Assembly (NCBI GenBank): GCA_964454575.1
Contig: CAYVTG010000004.1
Location: forward strand, 1-43,190
Length of the DNA stretch: 43,190 bases
Direction of reading: 5' to 3'
Source of the DNA: an uncultured Thermoplasmata archaeon
GTDB lineage: Archaea > Thermoplasmatota > Thermoplasmata > Halarchaeoplasmatales > Halarchaeoplasmataceae
The notes beneath the pieces are model-generated. The model was not told where the DNA came from and did not search any database. It saw nothing but the letters and a program-made list of their open reading frames with translations. Below, one piece after another: positions 29,412 through 39,153 of this stretch (the first letter of the stretch is position 1; every line of letters starts with the position of its first letter). The position numbers and the translations under genes are program-made.

Positions 29412-29516
29412 CAGAGTTGGAAGTATTCATGATAAATATAGGCATTCAATCCAACGGATTCTACCTTCTAAAACAGTAGTAAAATTTATTAACTAAATAA
29501 TGTATATCGTTATTAA

Positions 29517-30278
29517 ATGAGCAAAATTTACCACCTTACACCGAACGAGCAGTGCCTGATGGATATCGCCGCAGACGCGGATGTGATCGTCACCGAGGAT
29601 ATCATCCAAGCTTTACAGGACGAAATCCCTACCCAGAGTGTGAGGAATGCACTGTCGTCTCTTGCGGAAAAAGGACATATCTTCCGTGTTAAGAGAGGTA
29701 TATATCTACGCTGTGAGGAACCGGGTTCACCGGTGATAGAGGATCCGAAACAGTTGGCACTTCACATATTCGAAGGATACATCGGTTTTTCCTCTGCACT
29801 ACAACATTGGGGATTGCTTGAATACGAATCCTTCGACGTTTTCGTAGTATCCAAGAACAAAAGTGGCAGCAGAGATATCGGCGAATATGTGATACATTCA
29901 GTTTCCATGGGCGAAAAGGCTCAAGGTATGGTATTCGACAGAGGGATATACGTTTCAACGTTAGAGAAGACGATTTTCGACTGCATATACAAACCTCAGC
30001 ACGCAGGGGGCTATCCGCTCGTCGTCAGAGCCATTGCAGAATCGGATCCGGACTGGAAAAAAGTTCGTCACTGGTTCCACCTGCTGGCAAGTGATTCGCT
30101 TTTTCAGAGAGCCGGTTACCTACTCTCCATAGCGGGAAATGCACCGGGATGGTTACTGGATGATTTCAGATCTGAGTTGAAACACAGATCACGATTAGAC
30201 CCTTCAGGGAGAAACAAAGGCCGGTACATAAAAGAGTGGGAACTGATAGATAATGTGGAGGTATGGGATTTTGGTTAA
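29517..30278 (+). CDS. AbiEi-type antitoxin
   Basis: wHTH (RVKRGIY), YIGFSSAL.HWGL, STLEKTIFDC..KP.HAGG, RAGYLL. Confidence 0.88.
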   Translation: MSKIYHLTPNEQCLMDIAADADVIVTEDIIQALQDEIPTQSVRNALSSLAEKGHIFRVKRGIYLRCEEPGSPVIEDPKQLALHIFEGYIGFSSALQHWGLLEYESFDVFVVSKNKSGSRDIGEYVIHSVSMGEKAQGMVFDRGIYVSTLEKTIFDCIYKPQHAGGYPLVVRAIAESDPDWKKVRHWFHLLASDSLFQRAGYLLSIAGNAPGWLLDDFRSELKHRSRLDPSGRNKGRYIKEWELIDNVEVWDFG

Positions 30279-31050
30279 GACAGAGCGTACCATAAGGCAG
30301 ATATCCGCAAGATCAGGACTCGGTCTGAAATTCATCTCTAAGGATATGTTCCTGACAGATGTGATAAAATATCTGGAAAGCGCGCTGGATGACTCATATG
30401 TACTCAAAGGAGGTACGGCGATATCCCGTGCAGGATATCTATCCAATCCGAGATTTTCCAAGGACATAGACCTGGATCATTACGGAGAGAACGATCAACA
30501 TAAAACGGCCGATCAGCTCTTCGATATGTTGAAAGATCTCGATAACTTTTCCATAAAAAAACCGAGATTCCAGGGAGTATCCATACGGTGCGATGCTTAC
30601 TTTGAAAATCACTTTGGAGAGAAGGACAGGATCAGGGTCGAAACCACTTCTCTCGAAGGTAATCCACCGAATGAAGAAAAAGCATCTAAAACACTGCTCC
30701 AATCTCCCTTCTGTTTGGGTAAAGCAAGCCTGATACGCACATATTCCAAGGAGATACTTTTCGTTCAGAAGATCGATGCCCTGTCGGGAAGGATGGACGG
30801 TAAAGATATCTTCGATCTGGTAGGCATGTGGTCACAAGGGATCTCACCGGAGAAATTAACGAATATTGAAGATAAGAGTGCAGATGAAATTGTAGATAGA
30901 GCTTTGATCAATCTGAAGAAGATGAAATCTGACATAAACAGCATAGGTAACTCTGCGAACCATTTCATACCTAGACGGGAAAGACCCAACTGGAAGATAA
31001 TGGCGGCTGAACTTGAGACCATATTGAAAGACCTCAGGGCGCAACCATAA
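30271..31050 (+). CDS. AbiEii-type nucleotidyltransferase toxin
   Basis: LKGGTA, RFSKDIDL, K..AL..R..GKD.FDL; TTG start after GGAGGT, overlapping the abiEi stop. Confidence 0.88.
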   Translation: MVKTERTIRQISARSGLGLKFISKDMFLTDVIKYLESALDDSYVLKGGTAISRAGYLSNPRFSKDIDLDHYGENDQHKTADQLFDMLKDLDNFSIKKPRFQGVSIRCDAYFENHFGEKDRIRVETTSLEGNPPNEEKASKTLLQSPFCLGKASLIRTYSKEILFVQKIDALSGRMDGKDIFDLVGMWSQGISPEKLTNIEDKSADEIVDRALINLKKMKSDINSIGNSANHFIPRRERPNWKIMAAELETILKDLRAQP

Positions 31051-31058
31051 AACTCCCG

Positions 31059-32036
31059 TCAGTACCCTCTTTCCAAGTCCACAACGTTCCGCTCTTTGCC
31101 TTTGTTCAGATCGTTCAATATATCGGCTAGGTCGTCCATACGCTTTTTCTCTCTGCCCTCAACGTGCGTCGACATGTGAGGGCTGAACAATACATTATCG
31201 AAACGATGCAGCGGGTACTCGGATGGAAATGTGTTGGTCCGTGACTCTACGTCCGGTGGATATATCCACCATGTGTCGATGGCGGCACCACCGATTTTAC
31301 CAGATTCAAGAGCGTCGTAGATAGCTTCTTCGTCTATCACAGGACCTCTACCCACATTGACGATATGAACACCGTCTTTCATGGAGCCGAATTCTTTGTG
31401 ACCCAGCATACCTTCGGTCTCTTCGGTCAAAGGCAGCGTGACTACGATGAAGTCTGCTTCCGGTAATAAATCCGGTAATTCATCATTCTTTGCGAGATGA
31501 TCTATCTCCGGCGCTACACCCCCGCTACGATTCACAGCCGTAACCTTCATCCCAAAAGCTTTGCCTATCTTAGCCACCGCTTTACCTACTGCGCCGTATC
31601 CGAGTACCAATAGATATTTCTCCTCCAAGGACACACCCATAGAGTGCTCGTATCGTGGGGACCAATCTCCCTTCTTCATCTTCTCGTGAACAGGACACAA
31701 CCGCTTGGCGGAAGCGAGCAGTAGTGCCCATGCGTGCTCCGCCACGTAGCCGTAATTGAAATGAGAATTGATGATAGTTAACCCAGGGTGATCCGGCAGA
31801 ACTGTTTTGTCCTGTGAAGGTATACCTGCAAAGGGTATGATCACATACTTCAGCTTCGCCGCTCTTTCCAAAAATTCTTTTGGAATTCGTGCTCCGATGA
31901 TAGCATGGAATTCATCTGCCCGCGACACGAGTTCATCCTCCGTCGTGATATTGACGATCTCTATACCGTCGTCTAGTTTTTCTCTAAGATGTTCAAGTAG
32001 ATCTTCTTCCTTTTGATCCTTGTACAATACTTTCAT
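31059..32036 (-). CDS. D-isomer-specific 2-hydroxyacid dehydrogenase
   Basis: VAEHA, GYGAVG, LPLT.ET, NVGRG, AAID.W, SPH. Confidence 0.92.
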   Translation of the reverse strand: MKVLYKDQKEEDLLEHLREKLDDGIEIVNITTEDELVSRADEFHAIIGARIPKEFLERAAKLKYVIIPFAGIPSQDKTVLPDHPGLTIINSHFNYGYVAEHAWALLLASAKRLCPVHEKMKKGDWSPRYEHSMGVSLEEKYLLVLGYGAVGKAVAKIGKAFGMKVTAVNRSGGVAPEIDHLAKNDELPDLLPEADFIVVTLPLTEETEGMLGHKEFGSMKDGVHIVNVGRGPVIDEEAIYDALESGKIGGAAIDTWWIYPPDVESRTNTFPSEYPLHRFDNVLFSPHMSTHVEGREKKRMDDLADILNDLNKGKERNVVDLERGY

Positions 32037-32119
32037 CTATTTTCGGTGAATACTTACAGTAATAAATATATCACCCCTGCAGCGAAGAAGTAATATATCC
32101 CCGTACGAGTCCAAGACCA

Positions 32120-32311
32120 ATGAATATCACCGTTAAAGGAAAGAAAGAACAGGAATTCCCAAATGGAACTACAGTTGAAGATGTGATCGAATCGCTTGGA
32201 TTTCACAAAGATTCTGTGATAGTTTTATTGGACGATACACCGATCCCTATCGATCAGGAACTCGAAGATGGGGCTGAGATCAAGGTCATCCCTGTTGTTT
32301 CCGGTGGATAG
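32120..32311 (+). CDS. Ubiquitin-like sulfur carrier (ThiS/MoaD/SAMP family)
   Basis: 63-aa beta-grasp protein ending in VVSGG. Confidence 0.88.
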   Translation: MNITVKGKKEQEFPNGTTVEDVIESLGFHKDSVIVLLDDTPIPIDQELEDGAEIKVIPVVSGG

Positions 32312-33122
32312 GCTCCCTCTTGGGTAGTCTCAAAATATTCATTATGTTCTCGTGGAATTCAGGCATCAGCTCGAAGACTGCGAAAAGTAATATCATCAAT
32401 ACGATGACAGAGCCGGTCTTAGCGATCTGATTGTGTGCCATATCGAAGGATGTGATACCTTCGTAGCTAAGATATATAACAAGAACGTTACGAGCTACAT
32501 TGGCTATGTACAATGCCGGCAGCACGATCAACAGAGCTTTGATCTTTTGCGCTTTAACCGCAGTGGTGGTATATATCATGGAGAACGCCGGTGCAAAGGT
32601 TTGAAGCGCCGTGCATGCAAGGATTATATTGATGCCCGATCCCTGTATCGAGACCATAAGGTCTTTGTTATTTACTCGATACCACATTGGATTCCCTGCA
32701 TAATTTATAGGTCCGGAGGTAAAGGAATACCCCATCCACTGCAGCACCGCTGCGGTATGATCCGCCACCACTTTGATGAGTGCTCCGGATACAGCCGGTA
32801 CTCTCTGTATCAAGTAATAGATCAACATAGCTATTGATATCGAACCTGCCAGGAATCTCATCACTTCGGGATCTTCGGACCACTCTCGGGATAGGTATTC
32901 GTGGTATGCGAAGTAAACAAAGAGTGGCAATGCTATCAAGCACAATGCGGCGTTTACATGGTCCGCGATCGAGAGGAAATAAGGCGTTTCTGCTACCCAA
33001 AACGATCCGAGTAGAACATATGCCGTTATCCGGGTTTCGTGCTTAAATCGTTTCCAGAAGCACCCGTACAGCATCAGGATAATTCCGATCCAGAGGAAAA
33101 CGTCTGTGTACCTGAGTAACAT
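32286..33122 (-). CDS. artA: Archaeosortase A
   Basis: Multi-pass membrane protein with IILACT (catalytic Cys), N.ARN and F.MAHN..AK.GS. Confidence 0.82.
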   Translation of the reverse strand: MLLRYTDVFLWIGIILMLYGCFWKRFKHETRITAYVLLGSFWVAETPYFLSIADHVNAALCLIALPLFVYFAYHEYLSREWSEDPEVMRFLAGSISIAMLIYYLIQRVPAVSGALIKVVADHTAAVLQWMGYSFTSGPINYAGNPMWYRVNNKDLMVSIQGSGINIILACTALQTFAPAFSMIYTTTAVKAQKIKALLIVLPALYIANVARNVLVIYLSYEGITSFDMAHNQIAKTGSVIVLMILLFAVFELMPEFHENIMNILRLPKREPIHRKQQG

Positions 33123-33178
33123 CTTATGACTCCTATTATCACTAACTTAGCTACTAACTTGTAGATAAAGATAACGTA

Positions 33179-33251
33179 TAGCCCCGCCCGGATTCGAACC
33201 GGGGACTCAGGCTCCAAAGGCCTGAATGATTGACCGCTACACTACGGGGCT
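33179..33251 (-). tRNA. tRNA-Gln(TTG)
   Basis: Acceptor AGCCCCG/CGGGGCT (A1-U72, typical of archaeal tRNA-Gln), anticodon arm CAGGC-ct TTG ga-GCCTG, T-loop TTCGAAT. Confidence 0.96.
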
Positions 33252-33382
33252 AGTGAACGAAGTGAGCTAGTGCCGTAGAAGGAGGAATCTGTGATTCCTG
33301 CGCACTACGGGGCTTTTGTGTTGCAAAACCCCCGAGTATTTGGAATTGCTACTCAATTCCGAAACACTACGGGGCTTTTGTG
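33240..33382 (-). repeat. Tandem array of tRNA-Gln 5'-end duplications separated by ~50-nt structured units
   Basis: Top-strand CACTACGGGGCT at 33240 (tRNA), 33303 and 33365; periods 63/62. Confidence 0.9.
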
Positions 33383-33426
33383 GAACTTTGCACTCAGTTG
33401 AGACAGTGGTCTTTAATAAATATTTT

Positions 33427-35166
33427 TCATAAGAACAGCACTATCAGCGTTGTCGCAAGAGATTGTACTGCGAAAGTCAATGCAAGTGTAAGTGGTACCA
33501 TCTGGTAGATGGTCTCGGCCACCGCGTTCAAACGGTGTGAACCAGTGGGACCCATGAGTGAAAAGTTACACAGTTCTCCGGTGAGCACACCCATCTGAAC
33601 AAGCTCTAGATCAGATATGGCTCTTTCAGTTACTTCACGTACATGATCTTTGATCTCGTTATGATCCATCACTTCTCCAACCGGATTGTAATCCTTAGTA
33701 AGTGTATTGACCTCATGGCTGTCGGATGTCATCACTTCGGAAACATCTATTATATCGGATATCTCTTCCTGGATAGCCTCTCTTAATCCTTGAACCATGT
33801 TGTTACCATCGATAAGAATGAAGGCATTCTTTTTACCATCGGCCTCGAAGACTGCAGCTTTGATACCTTCTCCACCTATTCCGTCAGACTTTTTTAATCC
33901 TTTTTTAGCCGCGACACCAAGTTTCACATCTGTTTTTTTCAACTCTTTGACATCGTTCATCAGATCGTTTGTGACACCCATCAAGCTCCTGTAGCGTCTA
34001 GAGGGATAATATAACTCTAGTGCACCCCGTTGGATACAGTTGTGAGTATCGACGAGTGCCATATCAAGGAAGCCTTTGTTTACAGCTTTCAAGCTGATTA
34101 TCTCTCCTACAGGTGCATCTATGTCTTCGGTAGGCTTGGGAGAAAAAGATGCAGTTAAAAATAGTCCATCGCCGAACATCTGAGCACCTCCTGCAACCTG
34201 TTTGTATTTAGTTAAAAATGAAGTCCCTTTCCGAGAATATTTAAAGTCATTGAAGCGTTTATCTATATCCTCTGTCAATAACTTACAATCCTTTTCCTTT
34301 ATAGGATTTTGTACATGTGTCGACGGGCCGTGGAACGTGAAAGTCATACCGAATTTATCCTCTAACTCTTCAGCCACTATTTCACTTAATCTTGAACCGG
34401 CTATGCCTTTGATCGGACCCGGATGGATGCACGGTACAACGAATAACCCCTTCGATCCTCTTTTCGATTTGAAGGAGAAAACAGTATATTTTACATCTCC
34501 TTTTATCGCGGTTTTCTTGAATACATCCTCAAGTTGTACCTCACCCACTTCTTTTCCTTTGAGTACTTGAAATGCGATCCTCAGCATGTCCATGGTGGAT
34601 ATACCGAAATCCCTTAGAAAAGGCCTGTTTACGATGGCCATGAAAACCACTATCGATGTGAGTCCTATCAGAGAGATTACGAAGAAATAGATTATATCCA
34701 AAAGATTTATACGATAATAATAATGGATGATGGGAAGTGCTATAATAGATTGGAAAAATGCATATGGAAGAGCTTTGAATACGTGTGCGATAAACAAAGT
34801 TCGGATTATCAGGTATCTCAAAGACAAGGGAACTGCATAAACTGTGATCAATATGATCTTAGTACTCAAACTGAAATTCAAGTAGATCAGAGATAAAAAT
34901 ATTATCACTCCCAAAGATACGATGGCTATCAAAGTAGATTGCCCGAAGTTTATATCCTCTTGATAACCCTTCAGTAAGGGCATCGTGATAGCTGCGAGAA
35001 ATGTAGGGATAAACAACAAGAAAAAAGTCTGGACAAGGCCTTGGACATCGTTTGAAAATATGATCAAACCGGCGACAAGACTCAATATCAACATCGAAGG
35101 TATCTGTATGTAGAGTGGTGGAGACTTAAAAAAATTCAATCTGTGTTTGTGTGCGTGTACAAGCAC
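33427..35166 (-). CDS. DUF2070 membrane protein
   Basis: N-terminal TM helices, then HPGP, H..STH..NP, DTHN, DGNN, TSDSH.VN and a C-terminal TM helix. Confidence 0.85.
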   Translation of the reverse strand: MLVHAHKHRLNFFKSPPLYIQIPSMLILSLVAGLIIFSNDVQGLVQTFFLLFIPTFLAAITMPLLKGYQEDINFGQSTLIAIVSLGVIIFLSLIYLNFSLSTKIILITVYAVPLSLRYLIIRTLFIAHVFKALPYAFFQSIIALPIIHYYYRINLLDIIYFFVISLIGLTSIVVFMAIVNRPFLRDFGISTMDMLRIAFQVLKGKEVGEVQLEDVFKKTAIKGDVKYTVFSFKSKRGSKGLFVVPCIHPGPIKGIAGSRLSEIVAEELEDKFGMTFTFHGPSTHVQNPIKEKDCKLLTEDIDKRFNDFKYSRKGTSFLTKYKQVAGGAQMFGDGLFLTASFSPKPTEDIDAPVGEIISLKAVNKGFLDMALVDTHNCIQRGALELYYPSRRYRSLMGVTNDLMNDVKELKKTDVKLGVAAKKGLKKSDGIGGEGIKAAVFEADGKKNAFILIDGNNMVQGLREAIQEEISDIIDVSEVMTSDSHEVNTLTKDYNPVGEVMDHNEIKDHVREVTERAISDLELVQMGVLTGELCNFSLMGPTGSHRLNAVAETIYQMVPLTLALTFAVQSLATTLIVLFL

Positions 35167-35192
35167 GGGATCTATTACATCTTCTTTTTTGT

Positions 35193-35930
35193 CTAACTCT
35201 TTATCTGCGATATCAAACCCTCTATCGTTTTCTTCGTCCCTTTTGTTTCTTCGATGACCGTTCCGGTAACTATCACATCTGCACCGGCCTTGGCTACCGC
35301 TCGTGCTTGTTCCAGAGTTCGTATCCCTCCCCCCACTATGAGGGGTAATCCAACTTCTTCTTTGACCGCTTTGATCATCTCCACGGGTACGTGTTCTGTT
35401 GCACCGGATCCGGCCTCTAGGTAAATTAGCTTCATACCGAAGTATTTTGCTGCCAGTGCATAGTCCACGGCGAGTTGAGAGTCATCCCGCGGTATCAGGT
35501 CCGCTTTTCCCACTTTACCGACGGTCATACCGGGCTCCACCAAGAGGTATGCCATACCCAACGGCTCTATCCCCATCTTCTTTATCGCCGGTGCACCCTT
35601 TCTTTGTTCTCCGATTATCTTGTTTATATCAGTTGAGTTCAGCATACTCATGAAATAGATGGCATCTGCGTATTGAGAGATAGCTCCGGCATGTGTTGGG
35701 AATAATATCACCGGTATGTCAACTACTTCTTTGATGGCCTTTACCGTGTTGTCAACGTTCTCTTTAACCACACCAGTTGAACCTCCTACCATCACAGCAT
35801 CACTGCCGGCTTCCTCTAGTGTAACTGCTATCACTGCAGCATCTTTTGGAGGCTGCTCGTCGGGATCGATGAGTCCCATATGCATCTTTCCGTTTTTTAT
35901 CCTGGTGTTTATGTACTCCATGACTTTCAT
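35193..35930 (-). CDS. Geranylgeranylglyceryl phosphate synthase (GGGPS)
   Basis: H..LIDPD, MVGGSTG, PVILFP, YLEAGSGA, VGGGIR, VTGT; start at MKVMEY. Confidence 0.95.
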   Translation of the reverse strand: MKVMEYINTRIKNGKMHMGLIDPDEQPPKDAAVIAVTLEEAGSDAVMVGGSTGVVKENVDNTVKAIKEVVDIPVILFPTHAGAISQYADAIYFMSMLNSTDINKIIGEQRKGAPAIKKMGIEPLGMAYLLVEPGMTVGKVGKADLIPRDDSQLAVDYALAAKYFGMKLIYLEAGSGATEHVPVEMIKAVKEEVGLPLIVGGGIRTLEQARAVAKAGADVIVTGTVIEETKGTKKTIEGLISQIKS

Positions 35931-36751
35931 AGTATACCTCCGAAAAGGAAGGCCAGTAAAGCAACGACCATACCTAGTTTGATGAAATTCTGGGTTCTTT
36001 TCGGTTCTTTGAAGATAAACAGCGAGTATATAAAGATTATATCTGCAGCGATCACCAGTATCAGATAATGTACCGAGAGCAGCCCTTGGATATATGGGTA
36101 AGGCGATATGCCCACTGCAGCGATGATGGTCACTGCGGCTGATATCTTCGCCCACTTTACACCTATCCTTTTTGGCAGTGTCTTCCTTGTAAAATCACCC
36201 CTAATATCCTGAATATCCTTTGCTATCTCACGGCCTACGGTTGCCAGGAAGGCTAGCACCCCCAAGACCAATGGAACCTCTAGATGGCCGTATATGGCCC
36301 CGGCGAAGACGAACAAAGACCCGGTCAACCAAGCGATGGATGCGTTCCCCGGTAGGCCCGTGCTTTTCAATCTTAATTCATAGGATATCATCAGGACTAC
36401 GCTGATCACGACTATTATCTGCGGAAGATACCAAGGAAGAAACAGCGACAGCAGTATGGAAATAACAAACAATGCTGCTGCGAAACGAAGTGCTCCTTCG
36501 GGACTCACATCCCCTGCCGGTATCGGTCTTTCCGGATGATTGATCAGGTCCTCCTCTCTGTCATAGTAATCGTTCAGGGCGTTTCCAGCGGCGGTGAAGC
36601 TCGAAACCACCAGCATCCCGAGTATGGTGAATACAGCCCTTTCCAAGGTTGGACTTTCCAATCCGTATAAGGTAACCATGATTATGGGTATGCTGACCGA
36701 GGCCAGTATGCAATTCAATGGTCTAGCCAATCGGATATATGGATTTTTCAT
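35927..36751 (-). CDS. Digeranylgeranylglyceryl phosphate synthase (UbiA family)
   Basis: RP.N, NDYYD...D.INHP.RPIPAG, REI.KDI.D..GD, TLP; ATGA overlap with GGGPS. Confidence 0.92.
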   Translation of the reverse strand: MKNPYIRLARPLNCILASVSIPIIMVTLYGLESPTLERAVFTILGMLVVSSFTAAGNALNDYYDREEDLINHPERPIPAGDVSPEGALRFAAALFVISILLSLFLPWYLPQIIVVISVVLMISYELRLKSTGLPGNASIAWLTGSLFVFAGAIYGHLEVPLVLGVLAFLATVGREIAKDIQDIRGDFTRKTLPKRIGVKWAKISAAVTIIAAVGISPYPYIQGLLSVHYLILVIAADIIFIYSLFIFKEPKRTQNFIKLGMVVALLAFLFGGIL

Positions 36752-36856
36752 CCTATGTGTCGAAGACCTCGACTATTTTATATTTTTGGCAGTTTTTCCA
36801 CCGATTTGACAGTAATGTTTTAATACAGAGTATTGTTAGCCATTCATCTTCTCAGC

Positions 36857-36917
<61 letters not shown>

Positions 36918-36932
<15 letters not shown>

Positions 36933-37187
36933 TACCAATTTTTCATTTTTCGAGGCCGGGATTTGTTTCACGAGCTAAGACACTTCTTAGCGAGCGGTTA
37001 GAATGTTGAACGAAGTGAGGCATTCTGAGTTGAATCCGGCCGGGGCGCCATACCGATTTTTCATTTTTCGAGGCCGGGATTTGTTTCACGAACATGAATA
37101 CGTTTTATTCATGTGAGCGCACTGAATAATGAGCGTAGCGAGTTATTGAGTACAGAAGGCTGGCCGGGGCGCCATACCAATTTTCAT
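36918..37187 (+). repeat. Tandem array of tRNA-Asp 3'-end duplications with structured variable units
   Basis: GGCCGGGGCGCCATACC at 36920, 37038 and 37162 (periods 118/124); the first two copies share ~55 nt. Confidence 0.92.
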
Positions 37188-37236
37188 CTACCTGACAGAT
37201 AAATCTCTCATTTTGGGAAATGAAGAACCAGCCTTA

Positions 37237-38139
37237 TCACTTCCAGTCAACGTACTTTTTGTCCCTGAGTTCCATTATCAGATTTATAGCGGCGGTGGCG
37301 CCTTCACCCACCGATGCACTTATCTGTCTCACTCCACCCGTGCAGTCGCCGGCTGCATAAACCCGAGGCATACCGGTGAACTGTTTATCATCCACTACCA
37401 GTGTATTGTCTTCGATAGGTATCCCTAGACTCTTGGCGAAATCAAGAGAACCGCTGGTACCTTCAGCTATCATAAGTCCGTCCATTTTTTCGACACCATA
37501 CGGCATCTCCAATCCTTCTAATTCATCCTTACCCAGCACACTGATGATTTCGTCCTTTACCACAGGTATATCTTCAATTTTCAGTTTTTTAAGGAGACTG
37601 TCAGCAGCATCCAGGTCGTTACCGTTGGTGAATATTTTGATATCTGAGGTATACTCAAATAATTCTAAAGCCTCTTTGATCACCAGGTCTTCGGAACCGA
37701 TGAGTCCTACTTTGCGGTCCTTGAACAGAGGGGCGTCACATGTAACACAGTAGCTAACACCTTTTCCCTCCAGTTCTTCGATCCCCTCCAGTAAGGGTTT
37801 TTTATGCTGAATTCCCGGTGCTATGATCAGACCTTTTCCTTTATAAGAGTTTTCAGCGGTTTTGACTACGTATTTATCACCTTCGAGCTTAACCAACAGT
37901 GCCCTGTCTCCAACAACTACAGTCCCAAATCGTTCAGCTTGATTTATACCTCTGTCCAGTAATTCCGAGCCGGAGATTCCTTCCGGAAAACCCAAGTAGT
38001 TGTCTATCTTTTTCGCCTTTCTAAGCAGCTTATCCGGCTCATCCAATATCACCGTAGAAAGCTCCGCTCGGGATGTGTATATCGCCGCTGAAAGTCCTGC
38101 TGGCCCGCCTCCGATCACGATAACGTCATAGTCCTTCAT
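37237..38139 (-). CDS. trxB: Thioredoxin-disulfide reductase family FAD oxidoreductase
   Basis: IGGGPAGLSAA, NYLGF, GVSYCVTCD, YAAGD; start at MKDYDV. Confidence 0.88.
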   Translation of the reverse strand: MKDYDVIVIGGGPAGLSAAIYTSRAELSTVILDEPDKLLRKAKKIDNYLGFPEGISGSELLDRGINQAERFGTVVVGDRALLVKLEGDKYVVKTAENSYKGKGLIIAPGIQHKKPLLEGIEELEGKGVSYCVTCDAPLFKDRKVGLIGSEDLVIKEALELFEYTSDIKIFTNGNDLDAADSLLKKLKIEDIPVVKDEIISVLGKDELEGLEMPYGVEKMDGLMIAEGTSGSLDFAKSLGIPIEDNTLVVDDKQFTGMPRVYAAGDCTGGVRQISASVGEGATAAINLIMELRDKKYVDWK

Positions 38140-38257
38140 ATGTTTGTCCTCGCATCTATTATCCATCTTGTGTGAATTAAAGGTATCGCAGAAAACGGCG
38201 TTAACCGACGTTAACATTAAATACATCGTATATAATTTAGTTTTAAAAGGTGATAAA

Positions 38258-38959
38258 ATGAACGAAAATGGAGAGGAAAAGTCATTCAATATATTGGTGG
38301 TAGACGACGATAAAGATCTGCGTGAGCTGCTGGTCACGTTGATCGGTGGTACTAAAAAGATCAACGCTAAGGTAGTATCCGCATCGTCCGGGGAAGAGGC
38401 CTTGGAAAGATTAGAATCTGAAAACTACGACCTGATATTGGTCGACCAGCGAATGGGCGGTATCTCCGGTACTGAATTGCTATCTACTGTTGCAGAAGAA
38501 CATCCTGAAACCGTCAGGATATTGATCACCGGTTATTCCGATGTAACCACGGCTAAGGACGCCATCAACAAAGCAAAAGTACATCACTATTTGGAGAAAC
38601 CCTGCGACAATGAGGAGATCATATCCACTATATACAGAGAGCTTGAAAGGATGATAGAGAGGAAATCGGCTGATGTATTTAAGGTGGATACCAAAGACGA
38701 AGCTGTTGGACTGTTAGAAGATTTCAAAGAAACTTTTTCGAGTATCTCCAAAATGCATCCCGGTATAGTATCTCTATCCGGAGAAAAGAAGGAAGGTCGT
38801 TATAGTATCCTTATCGAATTCGATGATCCTTCGGAATTTAACAAGTTTTCATTTGAGTTGAGGGAAAACGAAGAGCTACTAAACGTATACAAAGCACGCA
38901 TAGAGGATTTACAGGTATTCGAGAATAGATATCTGGTGACGGTGTCCCTAAAACCTTAG
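38258..38959 (+). CDS. Response regulator receiver-domain protein
   Basis: ILVVDDD, LVDQRM..ISG, ITGY, KP; ATG follows GGTGAT; C-terminal domain not recognised. Confidence 0.88.
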   Translation: MNENGEEKSFNILVVDDDKDLRELLVTLIGGTKKINAKVVSASSGEEALERLESENYDLILVDQRMGGISGTELLSTVAEEHPETVRILITGYSDVTTAKDAINKAKVHHYLEKPCDNEEIISTIYRELERMIERKSADVFKVDTKDEAVGLLEDFKETFSSISKMHPGIVSLSGEKKEGRYSILIEFDDPSEFNKFSFELRENEELLNVYKARIEDLQVFENRYLVTVSLKP

Positions 38960-39095
38960 TTATCTATCCAAGGATGTATCCTATTCATGTGCAGGAAAGC
39001 ATATGTACAAGAACCACGCCTTCGTAGCGATCTCTCAGAGTACTCTAAATTCACCAGTATATGTGGACTGGTGGCAGGTCCATTTTTTAGACAGT

Positions 39096-39119
39096 GATCT
39101 GTTTCACGAACATGGATAC
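39096..39119 (+). repeat. Distal degenerate copy of the tRNA-Asp array repeat
   Basis: GATCTGTTTCACGAACATGGATAC versus GATTTGTTTCACGAACATGAATAC (37078-37101), 22/24 identical. Confidence 0.75.
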
Positions 39120-39153
39120 TATGGTGATTTTCCCATCAGACGAATTTCTGACT

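Noticed and set aside
39017-39028. CGCCTTCGTAGC, an 11/12 match to the tRNA-Thr 5' repeat
   Set aside because: Short enough to arise by chance in 43 kb, and lacks the accompanying unit structure.
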